64,000 bases of DNA from an uncultured Flavobacteriaceae bacterium (GTDB lineage Bacteria > Bacteroidota > Bacteroidia > Flavobacteriales > Flavobacteriaceae). The stretch covers positions 50,095 through 114,094 of the forward strand of contig CAJWVI010000002.1 of assembly GCA_913048115.1 (NCBI GenBank). The letters are read 5' to 3'. Positions 18,929 to 29,150 of this stretch are shown here, in pieces. Numbering within the stretch: position 1 is the stretch's first letter; each line of letters starts with the position of its first letter. The translations under genes and the position numbers were made by a program. The notes beneath the pieces are model-generated. The model was not told the DNA's origin. It made no database searches and worked only from the letters and a program-made list of their open reading frames with translations.

Positions 18929-19056
18929 AGTATTATGTAACGTGAGCTTGGGTTTGTTATTATTACATATGTTTTTAACATATACTGAAATACAACTATT
19001 TCAAATAGTCCTTGAAAAGAGAAACTTAATTTTCTAATTCATTATAAATAAAACAA

Positions 19057-20487
19057 TTAGGCATCCTGTTCAAAAAAGTCTTCTTTAAAGCCAATCAAAT
19101 ATAATCTTTCTTGCGCTCTTGTGATAGCTGTGTACAACCAACGTAGATAATCTTTATCAACACCATTTGGCAAATAAGGTTGCTCTACAAAGACATTTTT
19201 CCATTGCCCACCTTGACTTTTATGGCAGGTAATAGCATATGAAAACTTGACTTGTAAGGCATTAAAATATCTGTTTTTTTTAACTGCTTGAAACTTTTTA
19301 TATTTTGAACTCTCATGGGCATAATCTTTCATTACCTCTTGATACAAGCGGTTTGAATCATCATAGGTTAATGAGGGTGTCTCTGAGGTGAGGGTGTCTA
19401 ATAATAGAACGGTTTCAAAAGCCTTCATTCTTGGGTAATCTGCTAATTGTACTTTTACTTCTGCAAATCGAAAACCATATAAATCTACAAACCTAAAGAT
19501 TTCTAAAATTTGCAGAATATCTCCATTGGCAATAAAACCAGCATCACTTTCACTAGATACCCAATGGTAGTTGTTTTTTACTACCATCAATCTATCTCCA
19601 GTAGCAAGCTCATCTTCTTGAAATAAAATACGGCTACGTATGCTTTGGTTGTATAAATTAGCGCGTTTGTTTGATCTTACAATAAGTACCGTATTGTCAT
19701 TATCTTCGTTATTATAATGCTCTTCTAGTGCATCCATGATTTCCATACCATCTTGAGGTTTAACTACATCTGGAAACACTTGGTTGCTAAATTTAAAACG
19801 ATCATAAATACCCTCGTTTAAAGTCTCTCTTAGCTTGGTGGCATTCCATAAAATACCACTGTCCTGTTGCTGTCTTACCACATCGTCCAGCTCTATTTCA
19901 ATAACCTGTTTATTAAATTGATTTTCTAACACCCTAGCGTCAAGGGCTGGACTTACGTCCAATTTTACAGGCGGTAATTGTGCAGTATCTCCGATGAGGA
20001 GTAACTTACAGTTATGACCACTATAAATAAACTGCAGCAAATCATCTAAGAGAGAGCCATTTTCAAAAAGTTTTGCATCTTGATTTATATCTGGAATCAT
20101 GGATGCTTCATCCACCATAAATATAGTATTTCTATGCTTATTACTTTGAAGAGTAAAAGATACTCCCCCTCCTTTTTTTGGTTTTGGGTAGTATATTTTT
20201 CTATGAATAGTAAAAGCCTCTTTACCGGCGTAATTACTTATTACTTTAGCAGCTCTTCCCGTTGGAGCAAGTAACACAGAAGACATTTTTGCTTTACTAA
20301 GATTCTTAACCAAGGTACCAGTAATGGTCGTTTTTCCTGTACCGGCATATCCCTTTAACAAAAATACTTCGTTTTTGTTATCATTTAAGACAAACCTGGA
20401 CAACAATTGCAACGCAATACCCTGCTTTTCAGTAGTATTATGCGGAAAATCGCTTTTTAACAAACTATAAAATTGTGATACATCCAT
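19057..20487 (-). CDS. RecD-like superfamily 1 ATP-dependent helicase
   Basis: GYAGTGKT, LAPTGRAAK, VDEASM, GDTAQLPPV, YAITCHKSQG, WLYTAITRA. Confidence 0.9.
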   Translation of the reverse strand: MDVSQFYSLLKSDFPHNTTEKQGIALQLLSRFVLNDNKNEVFLLKGYAGTGKTTITGTLVKNLSKAKMSSVLLAPTGRAAKVISNYAGKEAFTIHRKIYYPKPKKGGGVSFTLQSNKHRNTIFMVDEASMIPDINQDAKLFENGSLLDDLLQFIYSGHNCKLLLIGDTAQLPPVKLDVSPALDARVLENQFNKQVIEIELDDVVRQQQDSGILWNATKLRETLNEGIYDRFKFSNQVFPDVVKPQDGMEIMDALEEHYNNEDNDNTVLIVRSNKRANLYNQSIRSRILFQEDELATGDRLMVVKNNYHWVSSESDAGFIANGDILQILEIFRFVDLYGFRFAEVKVQLADYPRMKAFETVLLLDTLTSETPSLTYDDSNRLYQEVMKDYAHESSKYKKFQAVKKNRYFNALQVKFSYAITCHKSQGGQWKNVFVEQPYLPNGVDKDYLRWLYTAITRAQERLYLIGFKEDFFEQDA

Positions 20488-20560
20488 AAAACAGGTTCCT
20501 TACAAGGTCTAAAGATGCCATTATTTTTAAGAATATACTTTTACGAACAAAAAAAAATTG

Positions 20561-20568
20561 TAGATTTG
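20561..20568 (+). promoter_or_regulatory. -7 element TAGATTTG
   Basis: Exact match upstream of the 20610-22619 operon. Confidence 0.6.
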
Positions 20569-20609
20569 CGTTAGACCTTATTTTTCAAAAAACCTAATTT
20601 TTCTCTACA

Positions 20610-21290
20610 ATGAAATTAATATTACAACTAGTGCTTTGGGTAGTCATCATCTTTTTAGGATGGAAGTTATACAGCTCAATTCTTGGGCCTGTAGAATTTA
20701 ATGAAAAACGTGATGTACGTTATGCGAAAGTTATAAAAAACTTAAAAGATGTTCGTGCTGCAGAATTAGCTCACAAAGAAATTGTAGGAAAGTTTACAGG
20801 TAGTTTTGACAGTTTGGTTCGTTTTTTAGACACAGCACAATTTGCTAACGTCCAAAGACGCGACACAAGTTATGCAGATGAGAAGAAAAACAAAGCCTAT
20901 GGGCTTGACGCAAAAACTGGTGGCTATATCCTAGAAGTTGTCTTGTTAGACACTCTTGGTTTTACCCCAGTAAGAGATTCTATCTTTGGAAGTACAGATC
21001 GATACAAAACAATGATGAATCTTCCACTAGAGGTGGAAGGGATTTCTGGAACTATAGAACTAAGAGTTGGAGAAATCGTTAAAAACAGAAACACCTATTC
21101 TGCTTTTGAAGCTAGAATTAGTAAAAAAACTGTTCTAGATGGTTTAGATAAAGATTTAATAAACCAAGAACAGCAAGTCGTTTCTGTAGAAGGTGTAAAT
21201 GGCGCTTACATTTCAGTTGGATCTTTAGATGAGATTGACACATCTGGTAACTGGCCAAAAATATATGACGCTGAGCAAACAAAACAATAA
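20610..21290 (+). CDS. Conserved hypothetical protein with N-terminal membrane anchor
   Basis: MKLILQLVLWVVIIFLGWKLY TM segment; coding-like codon usage. Confidence 0.85.
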   Translation: MKLILQLVLWVVIIFLGWKLYSSILGPVEFNEKRDVRYAKVIKNLKDVRAAELAHKEIVGKFTGSFDSLVRFLDTAQFANVQRRDTSYADEKKNKAYGLDAKTGGYILEVVLLDTLGFTPVRDSIFGSTDRYKTMMNLPLEVEGISGTIELRVGEIVKNRNTYSAFEARISKKTVLDGLDKDLINQEQQVVSVEGVNGAYISVGSLDEIDTSGNWPKIYDAEQTKQ

Positions 21291-22083
21291 TACAGGGCTA
21301 CCAAGCCATAGAAGACTGTCCGTTCAATTAGCATTGACCGGACATTCTTTTTTAATAACCCATACGGGTAGCAAAGAGGTGCTGTTTTTTTTAGAAACGG
21401 TCTTTGATCAAGCCACTACTCCAGAGGGCTTACTAACATTGCTTAGAAAAGAAATAAACAACACTGCTGCATTACAAGATGACTTTGACGAGGTTGTTTT
21501 GATACACTGTAATGATTTGGTTACTACGGTACCTAAATCACTTTTTGATCCAAAAAAAGCTGCAGAATATCTAAAGTTTAATGCTAAGATACTTGCCACA
21601 GACTATATTGCCTTTGATGAAGTACATACCCAAGATATTATTACGGTATATGCTCCATACATAAATATCAATAATTTCTTTTTTGACAGCTATGGCAGTT
21701 TCTCCTATTTTCATGCTACTACAAAGTTATTGGATATTGTTTTAAGCACAGCTAATACAGAAAAAGCTCCAGAAATAGCAGTACATGTTTTTAAAGACAG
21801 TTTTACCTGTATGGTAAAAAAGAACAACCAATTACACTTGTGTAATACCTATTTATACAAGACTCCAGAAGATTTTATATATTATATTCTGTTCTGTTAT
21901 GAGCAATTAGGTTTACAAACAGAAATAGATACATTAAAATTAAGTGGTGCTATTGAAAAACAAGACCCCTTATATAAAAGGTTATTTACGTATATACGGC
22001 ATATTACCTTTCATGAAAACATTAAGGGAATTAAAATAAAAGACACACCAAAACATCAACATCTTATTATTTCAAATTTATAA
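21265..22083 (+). CDS. DUF3822 family protein
   Basis: Likely start ATG 21265; RLSVQLALTG and EDFIYYILFCYEQLGL motifs. Confidence 0.8.
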   Translation: MTLSKQNNNTGLPSHRRLSVQLALTGHSFLITHTGSKEVLFFLETVFDQATTPEGLLTLLRKEINNTAALQDDFDEVVLIHCNDLVTTVPKSLFDPKKAAEYLKFNAKILATDYIAFDEVHTQDIITVYAPYININNFFFDSYGSFSYFHATTKLLDIVLSTANTEKAPEIAVHVFKDSFTCMVKKNNQLHLCNTYLYKTPEDFIYYILFCYEQLGLQTEIDTLKLSGAIEKQDPLYKRLFTYIRHITFHENIKGIKIKDTPKHQHLIISNL

Positions 22084-22085
22084 GA

Positions 22086-22619
22086 ATGCGCATTATTTCA
22101 GGAATACATAAAGGAAAACGCCTCATGGCACCAAAATCTTTACCGGTTCGTCCTACTACAGATTTTGCTAAAGAGGGCTTGTTTAACATTTTAAACCATA
22201 GATGGATGTTTCAGGACATTTCATTACTAGATTTATTTTCTGGTACTGGAAACATAAGCTATGAATTTGCCTCAAGAGGCTGTAAGGATATTACTGCATT
22301 AGACAGCCATTTTGGTTGTGTGAAGTATATCTCTAAGATTTCTGAGGAGCTACACTATAATATCCATGCCATAAAAGGTGATGTCTTTAAGTATACTAAA
22401 ATGCCTTCTAGATCTTTTGATATCATTTTTGCAGATCCTCCTTATGATTTCACTCCAGAACAATTAGCGTCTTTGATTAGTGAATCTTTTAAAAATGGAC
22501 TTATTTCAAAAGAGGGAACATTTATACTAGAGCACTCAAAACATACAGATGTATCTGGCTTTGAACGTTTTTCTGAGTCGAGAAGATATGGCGGCTCTGT
22601 CTTTAGTTTTTTTGAATAA
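22086..22619 (+). CDS. rsmD: 16S rRNA (guanine966-N2) methyltransferase
   Basis: MRIISGIHKGK, VRPTTD, LDLFSGTGNIS, IFADPPY. Confidence 0.93.
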   Translation: MRIISGIHKGKRLMAPKSLPVRPTTDFAKEGLFNILNHRWMFQDISLLDLFSGTGNISYEFASRGCKDITALDSHFGCVKYISKISEELHYNIHAIKGDVFKYTKMPSRSFDIIFADPPYDFTPEQLASLISESFKNGLISKEGTFILEHSKHTDVSGFERFSESRRYGGSVFSFFE

Positions 22620-22699
22620 AAATATCTCTCACAAAGATCTAGAAGATATTATATACTAAAATATTTTGTTGTCTTGATTACATCCAAATTATAAAAAAA

Positions 22700-23020
22700 G
22701 CAGGTCTATAAGCCGGGTTCTGTTCAATTTGGCTTGAGCCAAAAATTCCTCATCATTTATCTAGGTACATCTTTACAGATACACTCCATCTGCCCACCCT
22801 CCAGCATGGGCGGGAACCCTTAATTGCTGGTATACGTGGCATTTCACCGTATAGAGTTTACCTGGTTTCACTACAGCATAACCTGTACATACTTTCTGTT
22901 GCACTAGTCCTCTTCCCTCTAGCAAAAGCTATTAAGAATGACGGCCGTTAGCCGCTATACTTCCCTATGGTGCCCGGACTTTCCTCTTCAAACTAAATTT
23001 GAAGCGATAAGGCGACCTGC
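22700..23020 (-). ncRNA. rnpB: RNase P RNA (type A)
   Basis: Minus strand contains GAGGAAAGTCCGGGC and ACAGAACCCGGCTTATAG; P1 pairing GCAGGTC...GACCTGC; -7 promoter just upstream. Confidence 0.97.
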
Positions 23021-23025
23021 TGTTG

Positions 23026-23033
23026 CAAAAGTA
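23026..23033 (-). promoter_or_regulatory. -7 element TACTTTTG for rnpB
   Basis: Exact match ending 5 nt before the P1 5' strand. Confidence 0.8.
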
Positions 23034-23098
23034 TCATTATTGTTAATAAATAACGTAAAATAACAAGTCCTATTTTTTAAATAAATACCCTACGTACT

Positions 23099-23106
23099 TA
23101 TATTTG
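23099..23106 (+). promoter_or_regulatory. -7 element TATATTTG for dnaX
   Basis: Exact match 10 nt before ATG. Confidence 0.7.
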
Positions 23107-23116
23107 TTTCTATATT

Positions 23117-24964
23117 ATGGAACCATTTATTGTATCGGCAAGAAAGTACAGACCCACAACATTTAAAGATGTTGTAGGGCAACAAGCGATTACCAATACT
23201 CTAGAGAATGCAATACAGAACGATCATCTAGCACAAGCGCTATTATTTACAGGCCCAAGAGGGGTTGGAAAAACTACCTGCGCACGTATTCTAGCAAAGA
23301 AAATAAACCAAGATGGCAACCATAAAGAAGATGAAGATTTTGCTTTCAATATTTTTGAACTTGATGCTGCTTCTAACAATTCTGTAGATGATATACGTAA
23401 CCTAATTGACCAAGTTCGTATCCCTCCCCAAGTAGGGCAGTATAAAGTCTATATTATAGATGAGGTGCACATGCTTTCTTCTGCTGCATTTAATGCTTTT
23501 TTAAAAACACTTGAAGAGCCACCAAAGCATGCTATTTTCATTCTAGCAACTACAGAGAAACACAAAATTATACCTACCATTTTATCACGGTGTCAAATAT
23601 TTGATTTTAAGCGTATAACAGTACAAGATATTAAAGGCCATTTAGCATCTGTAGCCCTTCAAGAAAACATTACTGCACAAGATGATGCGTTGCATGTTAT
23701 TGCTCAAAAAGCAGACGGGGCCCTTAGAGATGCACTCTCTATTTTTGATAGAGTTGTCAGTTTTTCTGGCGCTAATCTAAGCCGGGAGGCCGTTACTGAA
23801 AATCTAAATGTATTAGACTACACGTATTATTTTAGCATCACAGACCTACTTTTACACAATAACATTCCACAAGTATTACTAGCCTACAATGATATTTTAA
23901 GCAAAGGTTTTGATGGTCATCATTTCATCATGGGTCTCGCCTCTCACTTTAGAGATTTATTAGTTTGCAAAAATCAAGAAACCATATCCTTACTTGAAGT
24001 AGGTGAGCAAGTAAAGAAAATGTACTTAGAGCAATCACAGCTAACTACACTTCCTTTTTTAATATCTGGAATAGACATTGCTAACTCTTGCGATCTAAAA
24101 TTTAAAACTAGCCGAAACCAAAGACTTTTAGTTGAATTGTGCTTAATGCAATTGACATCTCTCACTGCGCAGGGAGAAAAAAAAAACTCCAATAGTCTAG
24201 AAAAACGTTTTGTACTACCCCCTTCTCACTTTAATGATGTAGCTGTCTCTGTTTCAGAAAAATTAGACACTCACCAAGAAATTAAGACCATCTCCGTTAT
24301 AGACGAGCAAAAAAATAATGTAATTAGCTCAGATAATAGTACCGCTAGCTCTTTAGTAGAAATTCAAAAAGACACTACGCAAGCTAAAGAAACAATCCAT
24401 GACATGCTGGTTGATCAAAATAGCACGCAAGCTAGCATTGAAAAACAAATAGAAACTCCAAAAAAAGTTGAACAAGTTGCCATTGCAGATGTTGCCCCTT
24501 CTAAGAAAAGAGTTTCTGCTTTATCTTTAAAAAGCATTCAAAAAAAGCAAGAACTTGCCAAGGAGATCAACTCTAAAACTCCAGATAAAGAAAACCTACC
24601 CACAGAGATATTTACAGAGCAGCAAATGATTGCTCACTGGAATGAATATACAGAAATCTTGAAAAGTCAAGGGAAGTACAACTTCTTGTCTCATCTTACC
24701 ATGAACGTTCCAAAATTAATTGATGGAATGATTCATCTTGTATTTCCTAATGAAACTATAAAACTAGAGGTAGAACGAGATAAGTTTGACTTATTGAAAC
24801 ATTTAAGAAAAGAACTTCAAAATTATAATGTTGATCTCGTCATTGAAGTAAATGAAACCCAAGTGAAACGCTATGCCTATACCTCAAAAGAGAAATATGA
24901 AAAGCTGCTCGAAAAAAACCCTAATCTAGGAGAATTAAGAAAAGCATTTGAGCTAGATATCTAA
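23117..24964 (+). CDS. dnaX: DNA polymerase III subunit gamma/tau
   Basis: ARKYRP, GPRGVGKTT, ELDAASNN, IIDEVHML, LEEPP, SRCQ; internal A10 run at 24177-24186. Confidence 0.97.
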   Translation: MEPFIVSARKYRPTTFKDVVGQQAITNTLENAIQNDHLAQALLFTGPRGVGKTTCARILAKKINQDGNHKEDEDFAFNIFELDAASNNSVDDIRNLIDQVRIPPQVGQYKVYIIDEVHMLSSAAFNAFLKTLEEPPKHAIFILATTEKHKIIPTILSRCQIFDFKRITVQDIKGHLASVALQENITAQDDALHVIAQKADGALRDALSIFDRVVSFSGANLSREAVTENLNVLDYTYYFSITDLLLHNNIPQVLLAYNDILSKGFDGHHFIMGLASHFRDLLVCKNQETISLLEVGEQVKKMYLEQSQLTTLPFLISGIDIANSCDLKFKTSRNQRLLVELCLMQLTSLTAQGEKKNSNSLEKRFVLPPSHFNDVAVSVSEKLDTHQEIKTISVIDEQKNNVISSDNSTASSLVEIQKDTTQAKETIHDMLVDQNSTQASIEKQIETPKKVEQVAIADVAPSKKRVSALSLKSIQKKQELAKEINSKTPDKENLPTEIFTEQQMIAHWNEYTEILKSQGKYNFLSHLTMNVPKLIDGMIHLVFPNETIKLEVERDKFDLLKHLRKELQNYNVDLVIEVNETQVKRYAYTSKEKYEKLLEKNPNLGELRKAFELDI

Positions 24965-24973
24965 TCAATTATT

Positions 24974-25585
24974 ATGAAATTAAAACAGGAAAATCCAATA
25001 AAAATGCTGGGGTTAAAATTACCTACAGATCCACGTTGGGTAGCTATTGTTGAGAAGAATATTGAAGAAATATTGACAGATCACGCCTATTGTGAACAAA
25101 AAGCAACCTCTACAGCTATTTCATTTATTGTTTCTTTTCCTGAATACACAGATTTGGTTCAAGAAATGGTTGCCCTGGTAAAAGAAGAAATAAGTCATTT
25201 TAAATTAGTGCATGATAAAATCATAGCGCGGGGCTGGACCCTTGGACGCGATCGTAAAGATGAATATGTCCTAGCTATTTTAAAATTTTTCCCTAAAGGT
25301 GGTAGTCGCACCACCCAACTAGTTCACAGACTTCTATACGCTGCACTTATTGAAGCAAGAAGTTGTGAGCGTTTTAGGCTACTAAGTGAAGAACTTGAGG
25401 ATCCAGAGTTGGCAGATTTTTATTACAAACTCATGGTTAGCGAAGCAAATCATTACACCATGTTTTTAAGCTTTGCAAGACAGTATGGAGACCGTAAAGA
25501 AGTAGACAGTAAGTGGCAGGATTTACTAGCTTTTGAGGCAGAAGTCATGAAAAACTTAAGTAAAAATGAAAGCATTCATGGCTAA
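24974..25585 (+). CDS. miaE: tRNA-(ms2io6A) hydroxylase
   Basis: DHAYCEQKA, EEISHF, ALIEARSCERF, SEANH di-iron motifs; start may be 25004. Confidence 0.9.
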   Translation: MKLKQENPIKMLGLKLPTDPRWVAIVEKNIEEILTDHAYCEQKATSTAISFIVSFPEYTDLVQEMVALVKEEISHFKLVHDKIIARGWTLGRDRKDEYVLAILKFFPKGGSRTTQLVHRLLYAALIEARSCERFRLLSEELEDPELADFYYKLMVSEANHYTMFLSFARQYGDRKEVDSKWQDLLAFEAEVMKNLSKNESIHG

Positions 25586-25632
25586 GGGTTATTAAATTTC
25601 TTATTCAAAAACCAAGGTCTGTGTGCTCTAGA

Positions 25633-26544
25633 TTAACTCTTTTTAAATTCTTTAGACTTTCGCTCGTTGTAGAGTTGCTTTACAATACCATCTGCAAGAC
25701 CAATTTTAGGAACATACATGTTTTTTGCTTTCGCCCATTTCATGGCTGATAGATATATACGGGTAGCTGGAATTATAACATCGGCCCTATCTGGATTCAT
25801 TTTCAATTCAAATACGCGTTCATTATAGCTATACTTTTTAATCTTTTCGTAAAAATTAGACATAAACAAATAACTTAATGGCTGCCCAACTTTCTTTTCA
25901 CTAAAGCTATGTATGCTATTAATGTTACCGCCAGAACCTATTACATGTACTTTTGAATATGCTTTTGTATTGTATGTTACCCACTCTTTTATCTCATCCC
26001 AGATAGTGGCGCTAACCATATCGTTAATAATACGCACAGTACCCAATTTAAAAGATTGAGAAGCTATGTTTATACCGTTTGCAAATACAGTAAGCTCGGT
26101 ACTACCTCCTCCTACATCTACATATAAAAAAACTTTATCGTCACTTATAAGCTGTTTTAAATGTGTAGAAGCAATAATAGCTGCCTCATCATTACCATCA
26201 ATAATTTGGATGTTAATTCCTGTAGCCACTTTTAGTTTTGCAACTATTTCTTTTCCATTTGCGGCCTCACGCATAGCTGATGTTGCACAAGCTCTATAAG
26301 CAACAACGTTATGGGTTTTAATAAGTAATGAAAAAGCCTGCATGGCATCTAACAATCTTTGATAATTGACCTGTGTAATATTACCTTCTAAGAAAACATC
26401 TGCACCTAGCCTAATAGGCAAACGCACCAAAGAGGTTTTTTTAAACTGTGTAGCAAAACCTTCCTTCTCAATTACAGTGGTAATGAGTAAACGAATAGCA
26501 TTAGAGCCTATATCTATAGCGGCATATTTATCTATGTGTAACAA
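25633..26544 (-). CDS. ppx: Ppx/GppA exopolyphosphatase
   Basis: AAIDIGSNAIR, ATSAMREAANG, DVGGGSTE, RADVIIPA; likely TTG start at 26544. Confidence 0.9.
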   Translation of the reverse strand: MLHIDKYAAIDIGSNAIRLLITTVIEKEGFATQFKKTSLVRLPIRLGADVFLEGNITQVNYQRLLDAMQAFSLLIKTHNVVAYRACATSAMREAANGKEIVAKLKVATGINIQIIDGNDEAAIIASTHLKQLISDDKVFLYVDVGGGSTELTVFANGINIASQSFKLGTVRIINDMVSATIWDEIKEWVTYNTKAYSKVHVIGSGGNINSIHSFSEKKVGQPLSYLFMSNFYEKIKKYSYNERVFELKMNPDRADVIIPATRIYLSAMKWAKAKNMYVPKIGLADGIVKQLYNERKSKEFKKS

Positions 26545-26551
26545 ATTATTT

Positions 26552-28636
26552 TTATAGTTTATTTTTATAGTAATCATACAATGCAAACTGCGATCGTACT
26601 TTTGGATTGTTATCTATTTTGTATTGATTGTCTTGTTTTTCTGAAATATGACGTGCCTTCACGTTATCACTCCAAGATATTGCAAAGGTATCTAACAACT
26701 CTTGTTTAATAGTTTGATCATAGATTGGACAAGATACTTCTACTCTATTATCTAAATTTCTACGCATTAAATCTGCAGAAGATATAAAGATCTTTGGAGC
26801 TCCATCGTTCTCAAAAATAAAAAGGCGAGGATGCTCTAGAAACTTATCTATAACGCTTATTACTTCAATATTTTCGCTCATTGCTTTAACTCCTGGAATC
26901 AAACAACAAATACCTCTTATGATAAGTTGCACCTTTACACCAGCTCTACTGGCAGCATACAATCTATCAATTAGTCTATTGTCAGACAAGCTATTGAGTT
27001 TTAATTTAATACCACTTTTCTTGCCTTGAATAGTGTTTAAAATTTCAGCTTCTATTAGGGCATAAATAGCACTTCTAGTGTAATGAGGAGAAACTATTAA
27101 ATGTCTATACTCTTTTACTTTATAATTTACTTCAAAAAAGTCAAATACTCTATTGAGCTCTTTCCCTATTTTTTGGTTGGCAGTAAACAAAGTATAATCT
27201 GTATAAATTCTTGCCGTAGACTCATTAAAATTCCCTGTACTTATAAAAGAATACCGCTTCAATTTCCCATCTTCCTCACGCTCAACGACGCATATTTTAC
27301 AATGTACCTTTAGACCTGCTACACCAAAAATAAGTTTTACACCCTCACTTTGCATTTGCTCTGCATAGTAGATATTTGCTTCCTCATCAAAGCGTGCCTG
27401 TAACTCTATTTGAACGGTGACTTCCTTTCCGTTCTTAGCAGCATTAATTAAACTACTGGCAATACGAGATACTTCTGCCAGTCTGTAAATAGTAATCTTT
27501 ATTGTTTTTACGGTAGGATCTAGGGCTGCTTCACGAAGAAACTTAACAATGTATGAAAAGCTCTGGTAGGGCGCATATAATAAATAATCTTTTTTAGCTA
27601 CTTTGTCTAGTATGCTTCCTACCAAGTTTAATCCAGGAATAGGCAATGGAACAATCTTTTCATATTGTAAGTCTAGACGACCTAAACTTGGAAACTTAAT
27701 ATAATCTCTCCGATTGTGATACTTACCACCAGGGTTAATACTATCTGAGTTTTTTATTCCCATTTTATCCATCAAAAAGGCCAATGTTTCATCGTCTATA
27801 GTATTGTCATAGACAAGACGAACGGGATCTCCATCACTTCTGTTTTTTACAGATTTAGAAATTTTATCAATAAAACTTTTACTTAGGTCACTTTCTATAT
27901 CCAATGCTGCATCACGAGTGATCTTAATCATGTGTGCCGAAATATGATCATACTTAAAAATACTAAATATTTGATGTAATGAATATCGTATTAAATCATC
28001 TAGAATAATTATGTACTTCTTTCCATCTTGAGACGGCAATTCTACAAATCGTTCAACATTTTTGGGTATTTCAATAAGGGCATAATTATTTTTTGAAGCA
28101 AAAGAAGTGTCACCCTTAGCCATTTCCATTTTTATGGCTAAATACGCGGCGTTATCTTTTAAAGAAGGAAACCTCTTAAGCTCCCCAATCATAATAACAA
28201 CCATAGCTGGGCTTACATTTTGTATGAAATAATCTGCGATATATTCAGATTGAGACTTGGACACTTCTGTCTCATCAATCATAAAAATATTTTCTTTTTT
28301 AAGCTCCTTTTTGATACTACTCAAAATACCCAAGCTCGTTTTTTGTTGTTTGATAACTGTTTTTGTAATTATCTCCATCAACTCTGAGGCTGGTATACCT
28401 CCTAAAAAACTACGCCCTGCTTTACCAGCTGCGGCAATACGTTTAATGGTAGCGTATCTAACTTTAAAAAATTCATCTAGGTTATTAGAGAAAATACCTA
28501 TAAACCTCAATCTTTCAAGTAGCGGAGTGGTCTTGTCTTCTGCCTCTTGTAATACACGTGCATTAAACTGTAACCAACTTAATTCACGGTTAAAGTACTT
28601 ATTTTCAAGAGGGGTTTTATTTAAAGGTGGCGTCAT
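26552..28636 (-). CDS. ppk1: Polyphosphate kinase 1
   Basis: NRELSWLQFNARVL, SNNLDEFF, ELQARFDEEAN, HCK, STGNFNE, FLEHPR, RNLDNRVE. Confidence 0.97.
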   Translation of the reverse strand: MTPPLNKTPLENKYFNRELSWLQFNARVLQEAEDKTTPLLERLRFIGIFSNNLDEFFKVRYATIKRIAAAGKAGRSFLGGIPASELMEIITKTVIKQQKTSLGILSSIKKELKKENIFMIDETEVSKSQSEYIADYFIQNVSPAMVVIMIGELKRFPSLKDNAAYLAIKMEMAKGDTSFASKNNYALIEIPKNVERFVELPSQDGKKYIIILDDLIRYSLHQIFSIFKYDHISAHMIKITRDAALDIESDLSKSFIDKISKSVKNRSDGDPVRLVYDNTIDDETLAFLMDKMGIKNSDSINPGGKYHNRRDYIKFPSLGRLDLQYEKIVPLPIPGLNLVGSILDKVAKKDYLLYAPYQSFSYIVKFLREAALDPTVKTIKITIYRLAEVSRIASSLINAAKNGKEVTVQIELQARFDEEANIYYAEQMQSEGVKLIFGVAGLKVHCKICVVEREEDGKLKRYSFISTGNFNESTARIYTDYTLFTANQKIGKELNRVFDFFEVNYKVKEYRHLIVSPHYTRSAIYALIEAEILNTIQGKKSGIKLKLNSLSDNRLIDRLYAASRAGVKVQLIIRGICCLIPGVKAMSENIEVISVIDKFLEHPRLFIFENDGAPKIFISSADLMRRNLDNRVEVSCPIYDQTIKQELLDTFAISWSDNVKARHISEKQDNQYKIDNNPKVRSQFALYDYYKNKL

Positions 28637-28640
28637 AGTT

Positions 28641-29126
28641 TTATTTTAAGTCTCCTGGAAATATTTTCTTTATGGTTGTTCCTGTTATAATTTTACTCCA
28701 TTGGTCAATCTCAAAAGTAATAGCTACAAAACCACATGTTGGTAAATTTTCAATAGTGAGACTACCCAACATATTTACAACAGAGGTAAACCCATGATTA
28801 TGTCCAGAAAGCATGACACAATTTAATGTGTCATCCAACTCTTTTATTAGTTTTATAACGTTTTGACCACTAAAATCGTACAAGTCGGCATTTTCAACAA
28901 AACTAGATTCTTTAAGAGCAAAGGCTTGTTTAAAATAGTGCGCGGTTGTTGTTGCGCGTAATGCGTCACTAGTAATAATAAGATCTGGCATAGCCATAGA
29001 TGTAGCTACCAAATTAGAAACCATTACAGCGTCATTGACTCCTCTTGTTTTAAGGGGTCTTTGCTGGTCTATAACATCATGTTTCCATGAAGACTTAGCA
29101 TGACGAATAAAGTATAGTGTTTTCAT
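28641..29126 (-). CDS. sixA: SixA-like histidine phosphatase
   Basis: RHAKSSW motif, SDALRA, GHN. Confidence 0.88.
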   Translation of the reverse strand: MKTLYFIRHAKSSWKHDVIDQQRPLKTRGVNDAVMVSNLVATSMAMPDLIITSDALRATTTAHYFKQAFALKESSFVENADLYDFSGQNVIKLIKELDDTLNCVMLSGHNHGFTSVVNMLGSLTIENLPTCGFVAITFEIDQWSKIITGTTIKKIFPGDLK

Positions 29127-29150
29127 TACTGTATCATCTTAAATAAAAAA

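Noticed and set aside
24458-24475. Second slippery-looking tract in dnaX (CCA AAA AAA GTT GAA)
   Set aside because: The run is shorter, lies in a Lys-rich linker, and is not at the gamma boundary; the A10 site explains a gamma product better
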